Shown: positions 1 through 12,220 of the stretch, piece by piece
Position numbering within the stretch: the stretch's first letter is position 1
Layout: each line of letters opens with the position of its first letter
Assembly: GCA_963796965.1 (NCBI GenBank)
Contig: CAWCNS010000009.1
Location: 448,001-512,000, forward strand
Length of the DNA stretch: 64,000 nucleotides
From: Calditrichia bacterium
GTDB lineage: Bacteria > Calditrichota > Calditrichia > JAJRVZ01
Direction: 5' to 3'
Position numbers and translations under genes: made by a program
The notes under the pieces: generated by a model
The model's input: the letters and a program-made list of their open reading frames with translations, nothing else
Database searches by the model: none
Told to the model about the DNA's origin: nothing

Positions 1-1825
1 CGAGATAATAAAACATCTTTTCTTCATCAGATAGTGCCGCATAAACAATAGCAAGATCAAAATAATATTTGGCCTCTTCATCATTTTCCTGCAGGTTGAT
101 TAATTCATGAAGATAGAATTCGGCCTTTTCACGATTTCCCATACAGGCATATGAATATCCCAATGTGGAATAGGCACGGTGGGGATTGGGAGATAACTGA
201 TGGAGACTGATTAAATGACTCCAGGGCTTTTTCAAATTCATTTTGCAAGGCATAAACCCAGCCCTTGGTCTCCAAAGCGGCAACAAAATTCGGTTCATAT
301 TCAAGTGCTCTTTGAGAGTAAACAAGTGCCTCATCGTATTCTTCCCTGCATAGATATATAAAACTGGCCGAGATATGGATAGGTAAGGAAAGGGGATCCA
401 GACGTAACGCTTTATTTATCGCTTCCACAGCCGAATCAAATCTTTTCAGGGACATCTCCACCATAGCAAGTAACTGATAACTGTCCACCAGATTGTCTGA
501 CAACTGCAGCGCCTTGATACATGAGTCCCGCGCCCCTTCAATATCCCATTCATACCAGTACTGAACAGAACCCAGAGCAATATGGGTCTCGCCAATATTT
601 TCATCAAGGTCCAGGGATTTTTGTGCGATCGTCTTTGCCTTGGCAAACAAATTTTCCGTATCTTTCTGCCCCATGGCGCCGATAAGTGTATAACAGCCTG
701 CCATCAAGGTATGGGCCAAGGCAAAATCAGGCTCAATCTTGATCGCTTCTTCCAAAAAGCCGATTGCTTTCATGGCATCCCGTGGATTCCAGCGGTTAAA
801 ATAATAACGGCCCTTGAGATATAAATTATGGGCGTCTATGATTTGTAGTGGGTTTCTTTACCAGTGGTTCATCGATTTGGTCAATATTTAATTTTTCCCG
901 CAATGTATTGCTGATTCGTTTGGCAATATCATCCTGCACGGCAAAAATATCTTCCAAATCACGGTCATAATTCTCCGACCAGAGATGATAGCCATCTGCC
1001 GAATTGATCAGCTGGGCAGTGATTCGTACACGGTTGCCCGCTTTTCGCACACTTCCTTCCAGAACAGAGGAAACTTTCAACTGCGATCCGACCTTCCGGA
1101 TATCAAGATTTTGTCCTTTAAAAGCAAAAGACGAAGTGCGGGAGGTAACCTGTAACCCCTCGACACGCGTAAGGGCATTGAGGATTTCTTCAGTAATGCC
1201 ATCGCTGAAATATTCATTTTCCGTATCCGTACTCATATTGACAAAAGGAAGTATGGCGATGCTTTTTTGGGCGTCCCGTGGTTTTAAATTCAAATTTTCT
1301 ATACGTGGTATGGTCAAACCCTCAATCTGTAAGGCAAATACAGAGACGGGACTTTTGACATTTTTAAGGTCAAACTCCCCCAGAGAGACAGGCTAAGATT
1401 AAAGGTTGGTTTTTTATTTCATCAAACACTTTACCCGAGATCAATACACATCCGGGTGTGGCAAGGGTTTCGATGCGGGAGGTAATATTAACGGCATCGC
1501 CATAGACACCATCATCACTGTAGACAATATCACCCATATGAAGACCGACTCGTAAGGGAATTTTGGGTTCTTTTTGTAACGCCAACTGAATCTCAATAGA
1601 ACAATTCACCGCCTCAATAGCGCTATGAAAGATGCATAAGGTTCCATCGCCATAATATTGTAGAATAGTACCATTATGTTTTGCAACAGAAGATTCCATA
1701 ACTTCGCGATGACGCACACGGTTAGTAATCGCTCTTTTCTCATCCTCCTGCATGAGCGCCGTATAACCAACCATATCGGCAAACATAACAGCAGCTAGTT
1801 GACGGGTACTTTTTTTCATAGACAA
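1..1825 (-). CDS. Class III adenylate/guanylate cyclase + TolB-like + TPR protein; frameshifted into 3 ORFs (1370-1825, 826-1317, 129-773), 3' end probably runs to or off the window edge
   Basis: FADMVGYT / YYGDG / LRVGLHMGDI / VYGDAVNITSRIE cyclase motifs; SIAILPFVNMS..EYFSDGITEEI TolB-like motif; TPR repeats (ALRLDPLS, ALEYEPNF). This is the standard fused architecture. Confidence 0.88.
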
Positions 1826-1948
1826 ATGTGATATTTAGGTAAACTGTTAAATTATCTCTCAATTTAGTGAGATTGAATCTCTAAGGCAATTTGTTGAGAT
1901 CCCTTTTAAACGAGAAAGAATTTTTATATGAAACAGGACGTGGTTTTA

Positions 1949-2338
1949 CTAAAAATCCACAAACGGCGCCGCCCGGCTTTTTGACTTACTGGTAATGCCA
2001 TGATTATAATCCACAATTTCCATGAAATCAATTTCACCACAGGTTGGCCAGCCTACCTTATCCATATTAATACCCAACATCCAAATAGCCGGCCACATGC
2101 CTGTACCGGTTGGCAGTTTGGCACGAACTTCTATTCGGCCATAAACCCAGCTGGCTCTTTCCCGTGTCGTTAAACTAGCCGATGTGTATTCGGCATTGGG
2201 TCGCGATCGTTTCCAATAATTCTTATGATCCTCAGGTATGAATTGGGGATTTGTGTAATTCTCCTGTCTTGCTTCGATAATCAATATACCATCTTCTATT
2301 CTGGCATTTTCTCTTCTTTCCCGGGTATAATATTGCAT
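1949..2338 (-). pseudogene. Internal fragment of a GH16 glycoside hydrolase, paralog of 10077-10918
   Basis: GRIEVRAKLPTG.GMWPAIWMLG..GWP.CGEIDFME catalytic motif; near-identical to the middle of the GH16 at 10.1-10.9 kb; lacks the signal peptide and C-terminal half. Confidence 0.85.
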
Positions 2339-2453
2339 CTCCCCATCTCTCCGGTCTAAACAAGTAAGGAGGGGGATAATGGGGGAGGTAATTAAATTCT
2401 TCTTCCTTTGGTAGTGGTTAAAAATCAGATATTCATTAGGGTTAAAAAAATGT

Positions 2454-4028
2454 TTACCTTTCGAAATCGGATTCGTTTACCCATCCCGCCTTTATTTTTT
2501 CTCCTTTTTTATATCTTTTATAGAAATTCCGCGTTGATTTATCGGCATAGATATATTCATCAAAGATATACCCTCTTCCAAACATGCGTGGATCGCCTTG
2601 TCGCTTCAACTCAGCAAATAATTTTTCCTTTAACTTCTTTTTAACATTATTGAATTCTTCCTTTTCGGCAAGATTATTCATACATAGCGGATCATTTTTA
2701 ATATTGTACATTTCTTCTTGCGGACGTTTACCAAACGACAATATCCAGTTCTCTCGGTTTATTGAATTTCTGTTTTGCTTCAAAATTTCAGTTTTCGTTG
2801 GGCTTCCGTCGCAATTTAAATATCCGGTCTCAGGATTGCCCGCAGGCCATCGTGTTGGTTCAAAGTTTTTTATGTATAAATAATTCTCTTTCACGATGCC
2901 TCGTATCGGATATCCCTCATCGTTCGGCCGCCCGATATCATGACGCTCTTTTCCTATTAAAACAAAATTTCTTTGCGGATTAATAGTACCCGTCTTATCA
3001 GAATTAAATATAGCAGTTAAACTTTTACCTTCAATGGGCTGCATGCCGGATTCTTTCTGATTAATCCCCGCCAGCTCAAGAAAAGTTGGCGCAAAATCAA
3101 TAAAATTAACATAATCATCCACAACCCTCCCCGGATTTTTTATCCCTTTCTTCCACATTATCGCCAGGGGGAGATGATTTGAGTATTCGTATTCCTGCCC
3201 TTTGATACGGGGAAAAGGCATGCCATTATCGGCCGTGACAATTACGATTGTATTATCTAATTCATCTCTTTCTTTAAGCATTTGAAGCATTTTCTGTAAA
3301 TGTTTGTCAAAATATTCAATCTCAAAAGCATAATCAAGCATATCTGTTTTGACCGTCTCATTATCCGGCCACATTGAATACACCGAATCGATATCCGTTA
3401 ATTTTTTACCACCTTTTTTAATCCCTGCTTGATATTCGTATCTTCGATGAGGTTCACGTCCACCGTACCAGAAGCAAAACGGTTTGTCCTGGGGTTTGTT
3501 TTCCAGAAAATCTAAAAAATTAGCAGCATAATCATCGGAAGAAATATACTCGGCAGGTGGGGTGGTTTTTCTTTTATTAAAAGGAATACCGGTTAATTGC
3601 CGCTTTTTTCCATTTATTTCCCCCACTATTCCCGGTGCCCAGCCTTTGGCTGTGTAGCCAACAAAATAGGCATTTTCAGTGAGGACCTCCGCATAGGTTT
3701 TGAATTTATCAGGAAAGTAACACCAATGATTCGCCGCTTCTTCCAACTGCCAGGAATTTCTACCGGTTAATATACAGGCCCGGGAAGGTGCACATTTGGC
3801 ATTTGGTGTATAGGCATTTGAAAAAAGTATACCTTCTCTGGCAACCTGATCAAATCCGGGCGTTTTAACCCATCTGCACCCATTTGCTCCCATATGAGGA
3901 TAAGAGGCATCGTCAGCAATACAGAACAGGATGTTTGGCCTCGATATATGACCACTATTCTCACACCCAATCGCCATAAATGAAAGCGCTGCAATTGTCA
4001 TCATCAATAAGAAAGCACGTCTTTTCAT
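2454..4028 (-). CDS. Sulfatase (S1 family, Cys-type), lipoprotein; heparan N-sulfatase-like
   Basis: [36 protein letters not shown] motifs; MAIGC lipobox; intact ORF. Confidence 0.93.
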   Translation of the reverse strand: MKRRAFLLMMTIAALSFMAIGCENSGHISRPNILFCIADDASYPHMGANGCRWVKTPGFDQVAREGILFSNAYTPNAKCAPSRACILTGRNSWQLEEAANHWCYFPDKFKTYAEVLTENAYFVGYTAKGWAPGIVGEINGKKRQLTGIPFNKRKTTPPAEYISSDDYAANFLDFLENKPQDKPFCFWYGGREPHRRYEYQAGIKKGGKKLTDIDSVYSMWPDNETVKTDMLDYAFEIEYFDKHLQKMLQMLKERDELDNTIVIVTADNGMPFPRIKGQEYEYSNHLPLAIMWKKGIKNPGRVVDDYVNFIDFAPTFLELAGINQKESGMQPIEGKSLTAIFNSDKTGTINPQRNFVLIGKERHDIGRPNDEGYPIRGIVKENYLYIKNFEPTRWPAGNPETGYLNCDGSPTKTEILKQNRNSINRENWILSFGKRPQEEMYNIKNDPLCMNNLAEKEEFNNVKKKLKEKLFAELKRQGDPRMFGRGYIFDEYIYADKSTRNFYKRYKKGEKIKAGWVNESDFER

Positions 4029-4192
4029 TATTATTTCCAATGTTTTACATTGGTGGTTGCAGTTTAGATAATTTTGACAAAAAAATGTTTTTATCTGTCC
4101 GACTAAGCAAAATCTATTCCCCCTTTTCCCGAAGGGACTCCTTTGGAGGAAGGGGGTTAGGGGGATGTTTCTATATGAATAATGCCATAAAT

Positions 4193-7177
4193 TTAGTTTT
4201 CTTTATATTCCACAACCATCTTCATCATATTCATGACGAATTGACACGCTACCACATCATATCTAACATCATAAATACCCTTTTTCCGAGGATTATGTGT
4301 TAGTCTGCCTTTGGTAATAAGTTGTGATAAGATCAATTTCCCTTTTTCATCGCCAAAATCGATCCAGATAACCGGTGTTTGAAGTAAACTTCTCCCACAA
4401 TTAACCAAAGGTTGGATTGCTTTGGCTTTTCCACCCTGTGCTGATTGATACCCCCTGGCCAGGTCAATTATCTGTACAGGGGCTTTAAAATTTATTGATC
4501 CCGCCAGAGACGGGGCATCTTCCACAAGAAACCTAACTTCTTCCTTTAGTGCTTCCATGACCCTTTGATCGTTGGGCTGATCAGAAAAGCGATAAAATCC
4601 TTGTAAATCATAGGCGAAATAATTCTCAGAAAGAATTTTCGCTTCCTCCGCTCCCCGGGTTAACCATTTTGACAAATAGGCGTCAGGACTTAAGCCTGCT
4701 ATTTCCATGTGAGTTGCAGGAACGATCAATCCTCCTCTTAAACCGTTCCACATCCAGGTATGATCTCGGGGAATATCCTCCCAAAGCATATTGTTAGTTT
4801 TATCAGGATGAATATGGCTCTCCGGTTCGGCAATTTTCTTAAATGATAAATCTATACCATTTACAAGCGTATATTTGTTTTCCCTAGTATTATTAATTTT
4901 AAACCTGGATTGCAGGTATGATATTTTTTGATCCTCATCCACGTATCCCTGGCCAAGAAACATATCTCCTATGTCGAGCATGACCACAGAAATACCTGAG
5001 TTAATCGCTTTCTCAATAATATCTATCGTTTCCCTGTCGTCATCTGCAATTTTAGCCCATGTTTTCGCTGAAAGAAGAATGATATCTGCTCTTGGATCAC
5101 CATAATGAGTTGTATTCATATTATTTTTTGTTGAAAACATGAGAAGCTCATCTTCATATGAGGGGATGGCAATTTTGATATTTTTTAAGCGGTCAGGGAC
5201 TTTTAATTGATATACATTTATTTGCCATTCCGATATAACCGGATATTTCACTGATCCTGGTGGATTTAATAATTCTGCCCTAATGTAATATTTACCTTCC
5301 TTTTCAGGAAGGGTCAAGGGAAATGTATCAATCTGTTTTGTGTACGCGAAAAGTTTTTTCTTGATGGACTGCTGGGATAGAACCTTTCCAATTGAATCTT
5401 CAACACTAAGGTTTACATTAAAAAGATCATTACTGCCAGTATCGTTAAAAAAATAGATTGGAAAAGTAACCGTTTGGTTGGGGATAAAATTCCTGTCCCA
5501 GATTTCTATACTCACCGATTTGGGGGACCAGGCAGCGGTTAGAGCATTCCAAACCGGTTTGAGTTTTCCCTGATGGATATCTCCCATATACCAATGATTT
5601 CCATCCTCAAAACTTCCTAATATGCAGAAGGGAGAGAAGCCGGCGGCACCAATTCTACGCCAGTATTCAGCTACCTGCGAGTTAGAAATGGCATGGTGGC
5701 GTAGTCTCTGCTCTACCGTATGTCCCCTTCCTAAAAGACGCATATAGGCCTCTTTTAAAGTCGAATAGCCCCCCAGGTTACCTTCACCGTCCAAATAATT
5801 TCCTCCAAATTCATCTACCATAATCGCCTTGGGAAATTCTTCATAGCTATCGTAGAATAAGCCTAAGTTTTCAAACAAACTCCACCAGTACTTGTGAATG
5901 TGTAAAACATCCCGCTCCTCCAAAACAAGGTCAGGATAAAAGGGTAGAATTTGGTTTAGGGCATCCCAGGCGATTTCTAATCGTTCGTCATCCGTTTCAT
6001 TATAAGGATGAACAAGCGCAACGCAGGGATGCTTCATAGCAAGGTCTAACCAATTTGGCCATTGCTCAATCAGACTTTGTTTGGAGGCCTCCATACCATG
6101 AAAAAAATGCCACTCGTATTGCACCAACAGGCCGTATTTGTCACAAAGATCAAGAAATCGTTCCGGAGGATTTCCCAGATGGAAGCGTAATGTATTTGCC
6201 CCCCGGTCTTTTAATGGCATAATCACCTTGTTTTTAAACCAGGTTGTATCATAAAGAATATCTTTGGTTTCTAAATCTCTGGACCATCTATGCCAAACCA
6301 CCGTTCCGGCGGCGACTTTACAAGGTGTACCATTCAGGTAAAACTGTTTATCTTTTACTTCAAATCGTTTAATTCCGATCGTGATTGGCTCATAATCCAG
6401 CAGGCCGTTTTGATTCCTTATGAAGAAGTTGATTTTATACAAATTAGGATTATCAGGGGTCCATAGCTCTAATTTATTTCCGTACTTAAATTCTATTTCA
6501 CCCTTTAATCCACTTTTTTTGAACTCGTTTTTTATTAATCTATCACCCTGCATAGTGATGATTTCTATATCAATAAAATATGAGGACACTTCTTTTTGAA
6601 TTTCTATATTTTCAAGCGTGTATTTGAGATTTATGGTTTTATTCTCGATATCATAAGAAGGAACAAGTCTGGTGATTCTGATCTCTTTATGGAATTTTAT
6701 AGCCACATCATCCCATAGATAAGATGATATATTTGAGCGCCAATGGTCGGCTTTTGGAATATAGGATGCATCTCTTTGGGACAAATTGCTTAAAGATGTG
6801 AGTGCAATTTCTAAAATAATGGACCTACCTGGTTTGATATTTTTGCTTCTGAGCAGATGAAATGTTGGCGCCATTCCCCCCGGTTTATGAGATACCTGAA
6901 TCCCATCAACGTAAACTTCCGGAGCAAATCTTGCCCCTTTTAATTGAAGGGTTGCATATTTCCAATCACCTGTCGGAAGTTTAACTTCTCGTTTATACCA
7001 AATTTTATTGGCACTAAAATGGGAAGGAGATGTCACTATTCCCGGGACCACAACCTGTTTGTCATATAGTCTGTTTACACCAAATTCCCATCGCCCATTC
7101 AGGCTTACCTGTTGGGGATAAGCATTTGACACAAACATAATAAGAATAGATGAAAGAAAGGTGAGCATCGTTTTCAT
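4193..7177 (-). CDS. Secreted GH2-family glycoside hydrolase (about 990 aa) with a long uncharacterised C-terminal region
   Basis: [57 protein letters not shown] (acid/base-like), VDEFGG (nucleophile-like); signal peptide. Confidence 0.85.
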   Translation of the reverse strand: MKTMLTFLSSILIMFVSNAYPQQVSLNGRWEFGVNRLYDKQVVVPGIVTSPSHFSANKIWYKREVKLPTGDWKYATLQLKGARFAPEVYVDGIQVSHKPGGMAPTFHLLRSKNIKPGRSIILEIALTSLSNLSQRDASYIPKADHWRSNISSYLWDDVAIKFHKEIRITRLVPSYDIENKTINLKYTLENIEIQKEVSSYFIDIEIITMQGDRLIKNEFKKSGLKGEIEFKYGNKLELWTPDNPNLYKINFFIRNQNGLLDYEPITIGIKRFEVKDKQFYLNGTPCKVAAGTVVWHRWSRDLETKDILYDTTWFKNKVIMPLKDRGANTLRFHLGNPPERFLDLCDKYGLLVQYEWHFFHGMEASKQSLIEQWPNWLDLAMKHPCVALVHPYNETDDERLEIAWDALNQILPFYPDLVLEERDVLHIHKYWWSLFENLGLFYDSYEEFPKAIMVDEFGGNYLDGEGNLGGYSTLKEAYMRLLGRGHTVEQRLRHHAISNSQVAEYWRRIGAAGFSPFCILGSFEDGNHWYMGDIHQGKLKPVWNALTAAWSPKSVSIEIWDRNFIPNQTVTFPIYFFNDTGSNDLFNVNLSVEDSIGKVLSQQSIKKKLFAYTKQIDTFPLTLPEKEGKYYIRAELLNPPGSVKYPVISEWQINVYQLKVPDRLKNIKIAIPSYEDELLMFSTKNNMNTTHYGDPRADIILLSAKTWAKIADDDRETIDIIEKAINSGISVVMLDIGDMFLGQGYVDEDQKISYLQSRFKINNTRENKYTLVNGIDLSFKKIAEPESHIHPDKTNNMLWEDIPRDHTWMWNGLRGGLIVPATHMEIAGLSPDAYLSKWLTRGAEEAKILSENYFAYDLQGFYRFSDQPNDQRVMEALKEEVRFLVEDAPSLAGSINFKAPVQIIDLARGYQSAQGGKAKAIQPLVNCGRSLLQTPVIWIDFGDEKGKLILSQLITKGRLTHNPRKKGIYDVRYDVVACQFVMNMMKMVVEYKEN

Positions 7178-7258
7178 TTTTGTACCTTTGACTTTATAGA
7201 TAGCAAACACAATAAATATGACGTGTGGACTTTCTGCAGGTATTTATATAGGGTATGC

Positions 7259-9131
7259 CTATACCAGGTTGATCCAGACAGGACTTGACCATGCCATATG
7301 GCGATCGGTCTGCGTTATCCGCACATATACCCAACCATCCTCGTTAAATGGTAATTCTCCCTCCAGACGCACAAAATCCTCACCACTGTACTGGAAGATA
7401 GTTTCTTTCTTGTCATTAAAGATAAATTCCACAGTAGCAATGGCATTAGTTGCCGAAATAGTAAGTTCATAGTGAATCAGGTCGGCCGCGCTTTATGGCA
7501 ATCTCACTTCCCATCAGGTGTCCATCCATACGCCAATCCATATACAACCGGTTGCCTGAAGTGGCATAGCAACGACGGTTATATAGCCCGTCGAAAATGT
7601 TCTCACGCGTTAATGAGGGCGCTAGCACCGCTGCCAAACCGCCGTGATAGGTCAGGTTGGTAAATCGGGAGGGGCGCGCGGAAAGACCCGGGGCCCCATT
7701 ATGGTTATCGCTGGCAGCAATAAAGCCAACCCGGTATCCTTCATCAAGAACTTCCCGCGCCGAAATACCGGTCTCCGCTTTATTCATCGTGGTGGCGAAG
7801 TTGTTGATCGGACCGCCTTTCTCCTCGCTTGAACAATGCATGGAGTACATTTCCAGAACCCGCTCATAAAGGGAATTGCCCAGATGGACACGGGTTTGCC
7901 ATATAATGGGATGGTGTGGTATCACCAAAGCCTCATGACCCTCCAGATAAGCGTACAACTCTTCAAGGCTCTCTCCCCTGAAAAGCCCGGGGCAAATTCC
8001 CCGGAAGTATATATTACGGTGACCGGGATATCCGGCGATATCATTTTGTTCAAATCCCTGTAACGTAACAAATTTTCCAGGTTGATTAAACGTCTCGCAG
8101 GCCGATTGGATTTCAGCAAAAGCTTCATCGGACATCTGGGTTCGAAACGGTCCTTCGATTCTGCTCGCCTCCTCTCCGTTATGATCAGCAATAGCACCGA
8201 AGTCAGTGAGGGCAACATCCCGGGCATGTTCAAAATATTCCAGCGGTGTCTTCAGCCCATCACTCAATTTTGTCTTGGCATGAATATCGCCAAAATAGAC
8301 CTGCATGGTTTCAGGGCGGTTATCTATAACAGTAGCAGCGCTCATTTTACTCAGGTTATCGCGGCGATTTGAGACGGCAAGACGGTAGGTTTCCTGGTTA
8401 TCCGGCACAACAACCTCCATCTCTATATAGCCCTGGTCTTCGGGTTTTAACTCAGTCATAGCTATGGGGATGAAAGGGGCCTTTATTTCAGCCAGAAAGA
8501 TGTCGCCTGTGGGGCTGGGGTATGCGCGATTATCACAGTAATCCAATGCAGCTGCACGAACCCGAATGGTCTCCCCCGATTTAGCTACTGCAGGTACGGC
8601 CACGTTAAATCCGGCAGGCGGCGCAGCGATGATGACCGGTTTGGCTGTATCCCTGGCCGGAACACAGGCATAGTCACCCTTTCCCCCCAGGTCGATAACG
8701 GTTCGCATGGCCGAGCGCCAGTTGCCAAACCAGTCCTGGGGAAAACGCTGAATGGTAACGTCTTCGTACCGTATGCGTATCCATCCGTCAGCCGGTTCTT
8801 CTGTATCCTTTATGTGAATCTTGATCCACCACTGTAAATTCTCATTCTGCGAAAGGCTTACTTTACAGGCACCACCCGATCTTTCTGCCCGGACAAAACC
8901 GGGCCCCTGGGCATTGATCTGTGGTTGTGACCAGGTACGAGGTATACTGAAACCTGCGACCGTGTTAACAGGTAGGACCTGCTCGATCGGGAAATAGGTG
9001 AACTGAAAACTGTAACTACACCCAACGATCAGAGGATGCGTTGGATTCATTTCTGTTCGTCCGGGGGCAAGCCTGTATTCTACCCTAGGCAGAGGGCAGC
9101 TTCCCAAGGTAGTCACTATAGATTGGTTCAT
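7259..9131 (-). CDS. DUF3604 / PHP-like metallohydrolase (one frameshift near 7470)
   Basis: YFGDIHAKT.LSDG, DFGAIADH, GHRNIYF, IPHH, GFIAASDNH, RRCYATSG; alternative frame ends with the typical MAWSSPVW motif and a stop at 7259. Confidence 0.82.
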
Positions 9132-9239
9132 CAGGATATTTTTTTTCACCTTCAAGAGGGTCAAGAAAGAAATCCGCTTTTATCATATTTTCCCTTGTTA
9201 ATTGATCTAAAGGCCGGGGACCAACCTATTCAAATACCC

Positions 9240-9824
9240 TTAAAGTTTATCCCTCGGGTTTCGGTAACCCAACCATCGCGGTACACACTGCATATATTCA
9301 ACATACGACTCTTTATAAGTATTAATACAATACCGCTCCTCTACCAGGGCTTCAAAATGAAAACATATCGTCATGATGATAGTCAATAAAATAAATATTC
9401 CTGAAGCTGAAGCGAGGCCTGTTCCCAGACAAATCAAGAGAGTGGCTAAATACATGGGATGTCTTGAAATCCTATACACCCCTTTTTGTATTAATTGATT
9501 TGAAGGTGTGGTCATAAAGCTATAGGTGGCATACGCTAAAACCAACGAACCAATTATAAAAACAAAAAAGCCTGTATAAAACCAAATCGTTCCCAGTAGC
9601 AGGGGCAGAAAGACAGAATAACCCAAAGCGACTAACCAAACGATATTTGCAATGATGCCGATATATTTATCAGTCCCGGAATGTCTCGCCTCATCCGGAA
9701 CATGACTTCGCTTCCTTATATGCTTGCTGGCACAAGTTATCACAATCATCTGCCAAATAAAGACGCTCATGAAGATCCAGGCGTTCCAAAATCCAATCTC
9801 AACAACTGTTGATAGGGACATCAT
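9240..9824 (-). CDS. Isoprenylcysteine carboxyl methyltransferase / PEMT family membrane protein
   Basis: Hydrophobic helices, GVYRISRHPMY, EERYC...Y.EYMQCVPRW. Confidence 0.85.
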   Translation of the reverse strand: MMSLSTVVEIGFWNAWIFMSVFIWQMIVITCASKHIRKRSHVPDEARHSGTDKYIGIIANIVWLVALGYSVFLPLLLGTIWFYTGFFVFIIGSLVLAYATYSFMTTPSNQLIQKGVYRISRHPMYLATLLICLGTGLASASGIFILLTIIMTICFHFEALVEERYCINTYKESYVEYMQCVPRWLGYRNPRDKL

Positions 9825-10076
9825 TCAATCTTTCTTAATATCCTACCGCAGAGATGCTGTATTCAAAAAAATAATTAACAACCGAGAACACCGAAAATAA
9901 TTAATTATAAAAATACCCGGCATCTTGAGGTGATTTCGGTGGTTAAAAATCTTTGTGATCATAGATTTAAATGAGTACGCACAGTTTGTTAAAACTTTTC
10001 TATAATAACAAAGTTTTTAGCTAAATAGCATAAAGTGACAAATAGTCATCAACCGTAAAGATTTAGCAAAAATGTC

Positions 10077-10918
10077 TTATTGGTTAACATCATTTTGATA
10101 AACACGTACATAGTCAACATACATACGCTGAGGAAAAATGGTCGGATCTATTCCCTTTTGCCCGCCCCAACTGCCACCCACGGCGATATTGAGTATTAGA
10201 TAATGCTCTTTATTATAAGGCCAGGCATCATTCCCTGTACCTTCATCACGATAGGAGAAATACATACTGTCATCTACAAAGAATTCAATCCGGTCCTTAT
10301 ACCACTCAATGGCATATACATGGAAAGAGTCCCAGGGCTTAGATGTCTTGATCTTTGATCCTTTTCCAGTACCAATCATATGATTGTACTTTTTAGTGTG
10401 AATATTGGCATGTATCATCTCCGGATTGAAACCTACATTTTCCATAATATCAATTTCACCACAGGCTGGCCATCCAACTTTATCCATGTTTATCCCTAAC
10501 ATCCAAATAGCCGGCCACATGCCTCTACCCGTCGGTAATTTTGCCCGAACTTCTATTCTGCCATGTCGCCAGGCAGCTTTTCTCGCGTTGTTAAACTGGC
10601 AGAGGTGTATTCGGCATTGGGTCGTGATCGTTTCCAATAATTCTTATGATCCTCAGGTATGAATTGGGGATTTGCATAATTCTCATTTCTTGCTTCAATA
10701 ATGAGCATACCATTTTCTACTCTGGCATTTTCTTTTCTTTCCCGGGTGTAATATTGCATTTCCTCATTGCGGACAAATCCTTCTTCATAGGTCCATTTAG
10801 CGTCATTGGGAAGACCCTCGTTATCAAACTCATCAGACCAGACCAATTGCCACTTCTCAGTACAATTCAACTGCGACATGAGCAGGAATACACAAATACT
10901 TAGTAATAATCGTTTCAT
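10077..10918 (-). CDS. GH16 glycoside hydrolase (laminarinase-like), lipoprotein; one frameshift near 10580
   Basis: LVWSDEFD, MWPAIWMLG, GEIDIMENVG, FHVYAIEW, ILNIAVGGSWGG, MYVDYVRVYQ; GGAGG RBS before ATG 10918. Confidence 0.92.
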
Positions 10919-10965
10919 TAAATCCTCCCATTTTCCATGATTAACCGATGCTGCTATAAAAAGAT

Positions 10966-11062
10966 AACCACAAAGGACACAAAGCAGGCTCAAAGTTCAC
11001 TAAGTTTTTATAAAGAATATTATCTTTGTGTACTTTGTGCCTTCTTGGCGTACTTAGTGGTA
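10966..11062. repeat. Inverted pair of ACCACAAAG..CACAAAG arms. Other members: 9878-9945, 17141-17227, 20450-20490, 21630-21660, 30655-30855; CGCAAAG variant at 15695-15735, 18888-19050, 39718-39825
   Basis: aaccacaaaggacacaaagcaggctcaaagttcactaag / ctttgtgtactttgtgccttcttggcgtacttagtggt. Confidence 0.85.
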
Positions 11063-11084
11063 AAATTTTCCGTCTCTTCCCTAC

Positions 11085-11513
11085 TTACACAGGCCAGGAT
11101 TGCTCCTGACCGCATTCAAGGCAATTATTGCGATGAGCAGATAATTGTCCATTGCATGAAGAGCATCGCCATTTTTGATTTTCTTTTTTGAGAAACTTTT
11201 CAAGCCCCTGCTCCTTTATATAATTCAAATTTTCTATCATGCTCATATGATACTTACCACGATATCGCTTATCTAACTGTTTTAATCTTTTACAGGGATA
11301 AGTAGGACAGTCATAACAAAATCCTGAGGCGTTCGTCTTTATATGTTCGCAATTCTTAATAATACAGCTTTGACAATACGTCGCTTTGCTTTTGCTTTCA
11401 ATATTACATCCGGGACATGTATTCTTTTCTCTAAGATAGCCGATACAAACGGCACAATTCATACCACAAGGAGCGATCAATATTTTTTGTTCCGTGACAA
11501 GATTAATCAACAT
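11085..11513 (-). CDS. DUF3795-family Cys-rich protein
   Basis: IAPCGMNCAVC, CPGC, CIIKNC, FCYDCPTYPC, CSSC..CLEC; GGAGG RBS. Confidence 0.8.
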   Translation of the reverse strand: MLINLVTEQKILIAPCGMNCAVCIGYLREKNTCPGCNIESKSKATYCQSCIIKNCEHIKTNASGFCYDCPTYPCKRLKQLDKRYRGKYHMSMIENLNYIKEQGLEKFLKKENQKWRCSSCNGQLSAHRNNCLECGQEQSWPV

Positions 11514-11618
11514 ACCCTCCTTTTTTACGTTAACTAAAACTGAATTCTAAAGGTATAAACCGCCCCGAATCTCCCCTGACCTCAGACAGATCATTTCGGC
11601 TTCCTTGCATGCTTTTAA

Positions 11619-12074
11619 TTATTCTGTATAAATTATTACGGTCGTGCGTGCAATGACTTTACTGGACGTTTCGGATAGTTTTTGATGTAGATAAAAATAA
11701 CATGATACCGGATGTTTCAAATTGTTATTTAACCAAATTTGTTCTAATGGATATGATAGATTGACGGTACCAGTTCTTTCTGATAACTCAACACTTGATT
11801 GAGGACCAATAGAAAATGTTTGTCCCTCAACGACCGAAACAAACTTAATAGAGATACTAAAACCAAAATCGCTCTGAATATCTTCAGCAATAGCAAATCG
11901 AAGTGATGCCGCAATCGTATCATTTACCGTAAGTATTGATTCTACCTCTGGTACCAGGGACAGAATTTCAATAAAAGTTTCATTATTATTATCATTGTTG
12001 CTCTCTGTTGTACTTTCCTTACATGAAATGAGCAGTAAAAAAAGTGTAGCTATAATAATCTTAATAACTTTCAT
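11619..12074 (-). CDS. Hypothetical lipoprotein
   Basis: MKVIKIIIATLFLLLISC lipobox, 151-aa ORF. Confidence 0.65.
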   Translation of the reverse strand: MKVIKIIIATLFLLLISCKESTTESNNDNNNETFIEILSLVPEVESILTVNDTIAASLRFAIAEDIQSDFGFSISIKFVSVVEGQTFSIGPQSSVELSERTGTVNLSYPLEQIWLNNNLKHPVSCYFYLHQKLSETSSKVIARTTVIIYTE

Positions 12075-12220
12075 CTTACGCCCTACTTTCTAGTAAACTT
12101 AATAGATTATATGCCTGTATTAAGCATAGCGCTTAGCGCCTTATGCCTGGCGATTATTTACTATTTCTGCTTTTTATTTATTGCTTTTATTCGTATTAAA
12201 TGTAATTCGTGAAATTCGAT

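Noticed and set aside
1990..10760. Diversity-generating retroelement TR/VR pair (the two GH16 copies)
   Set aside because: Differences are mostly synonymous third-position changes of all base types, not adenine-specific, and no reverse transcriptase is present.
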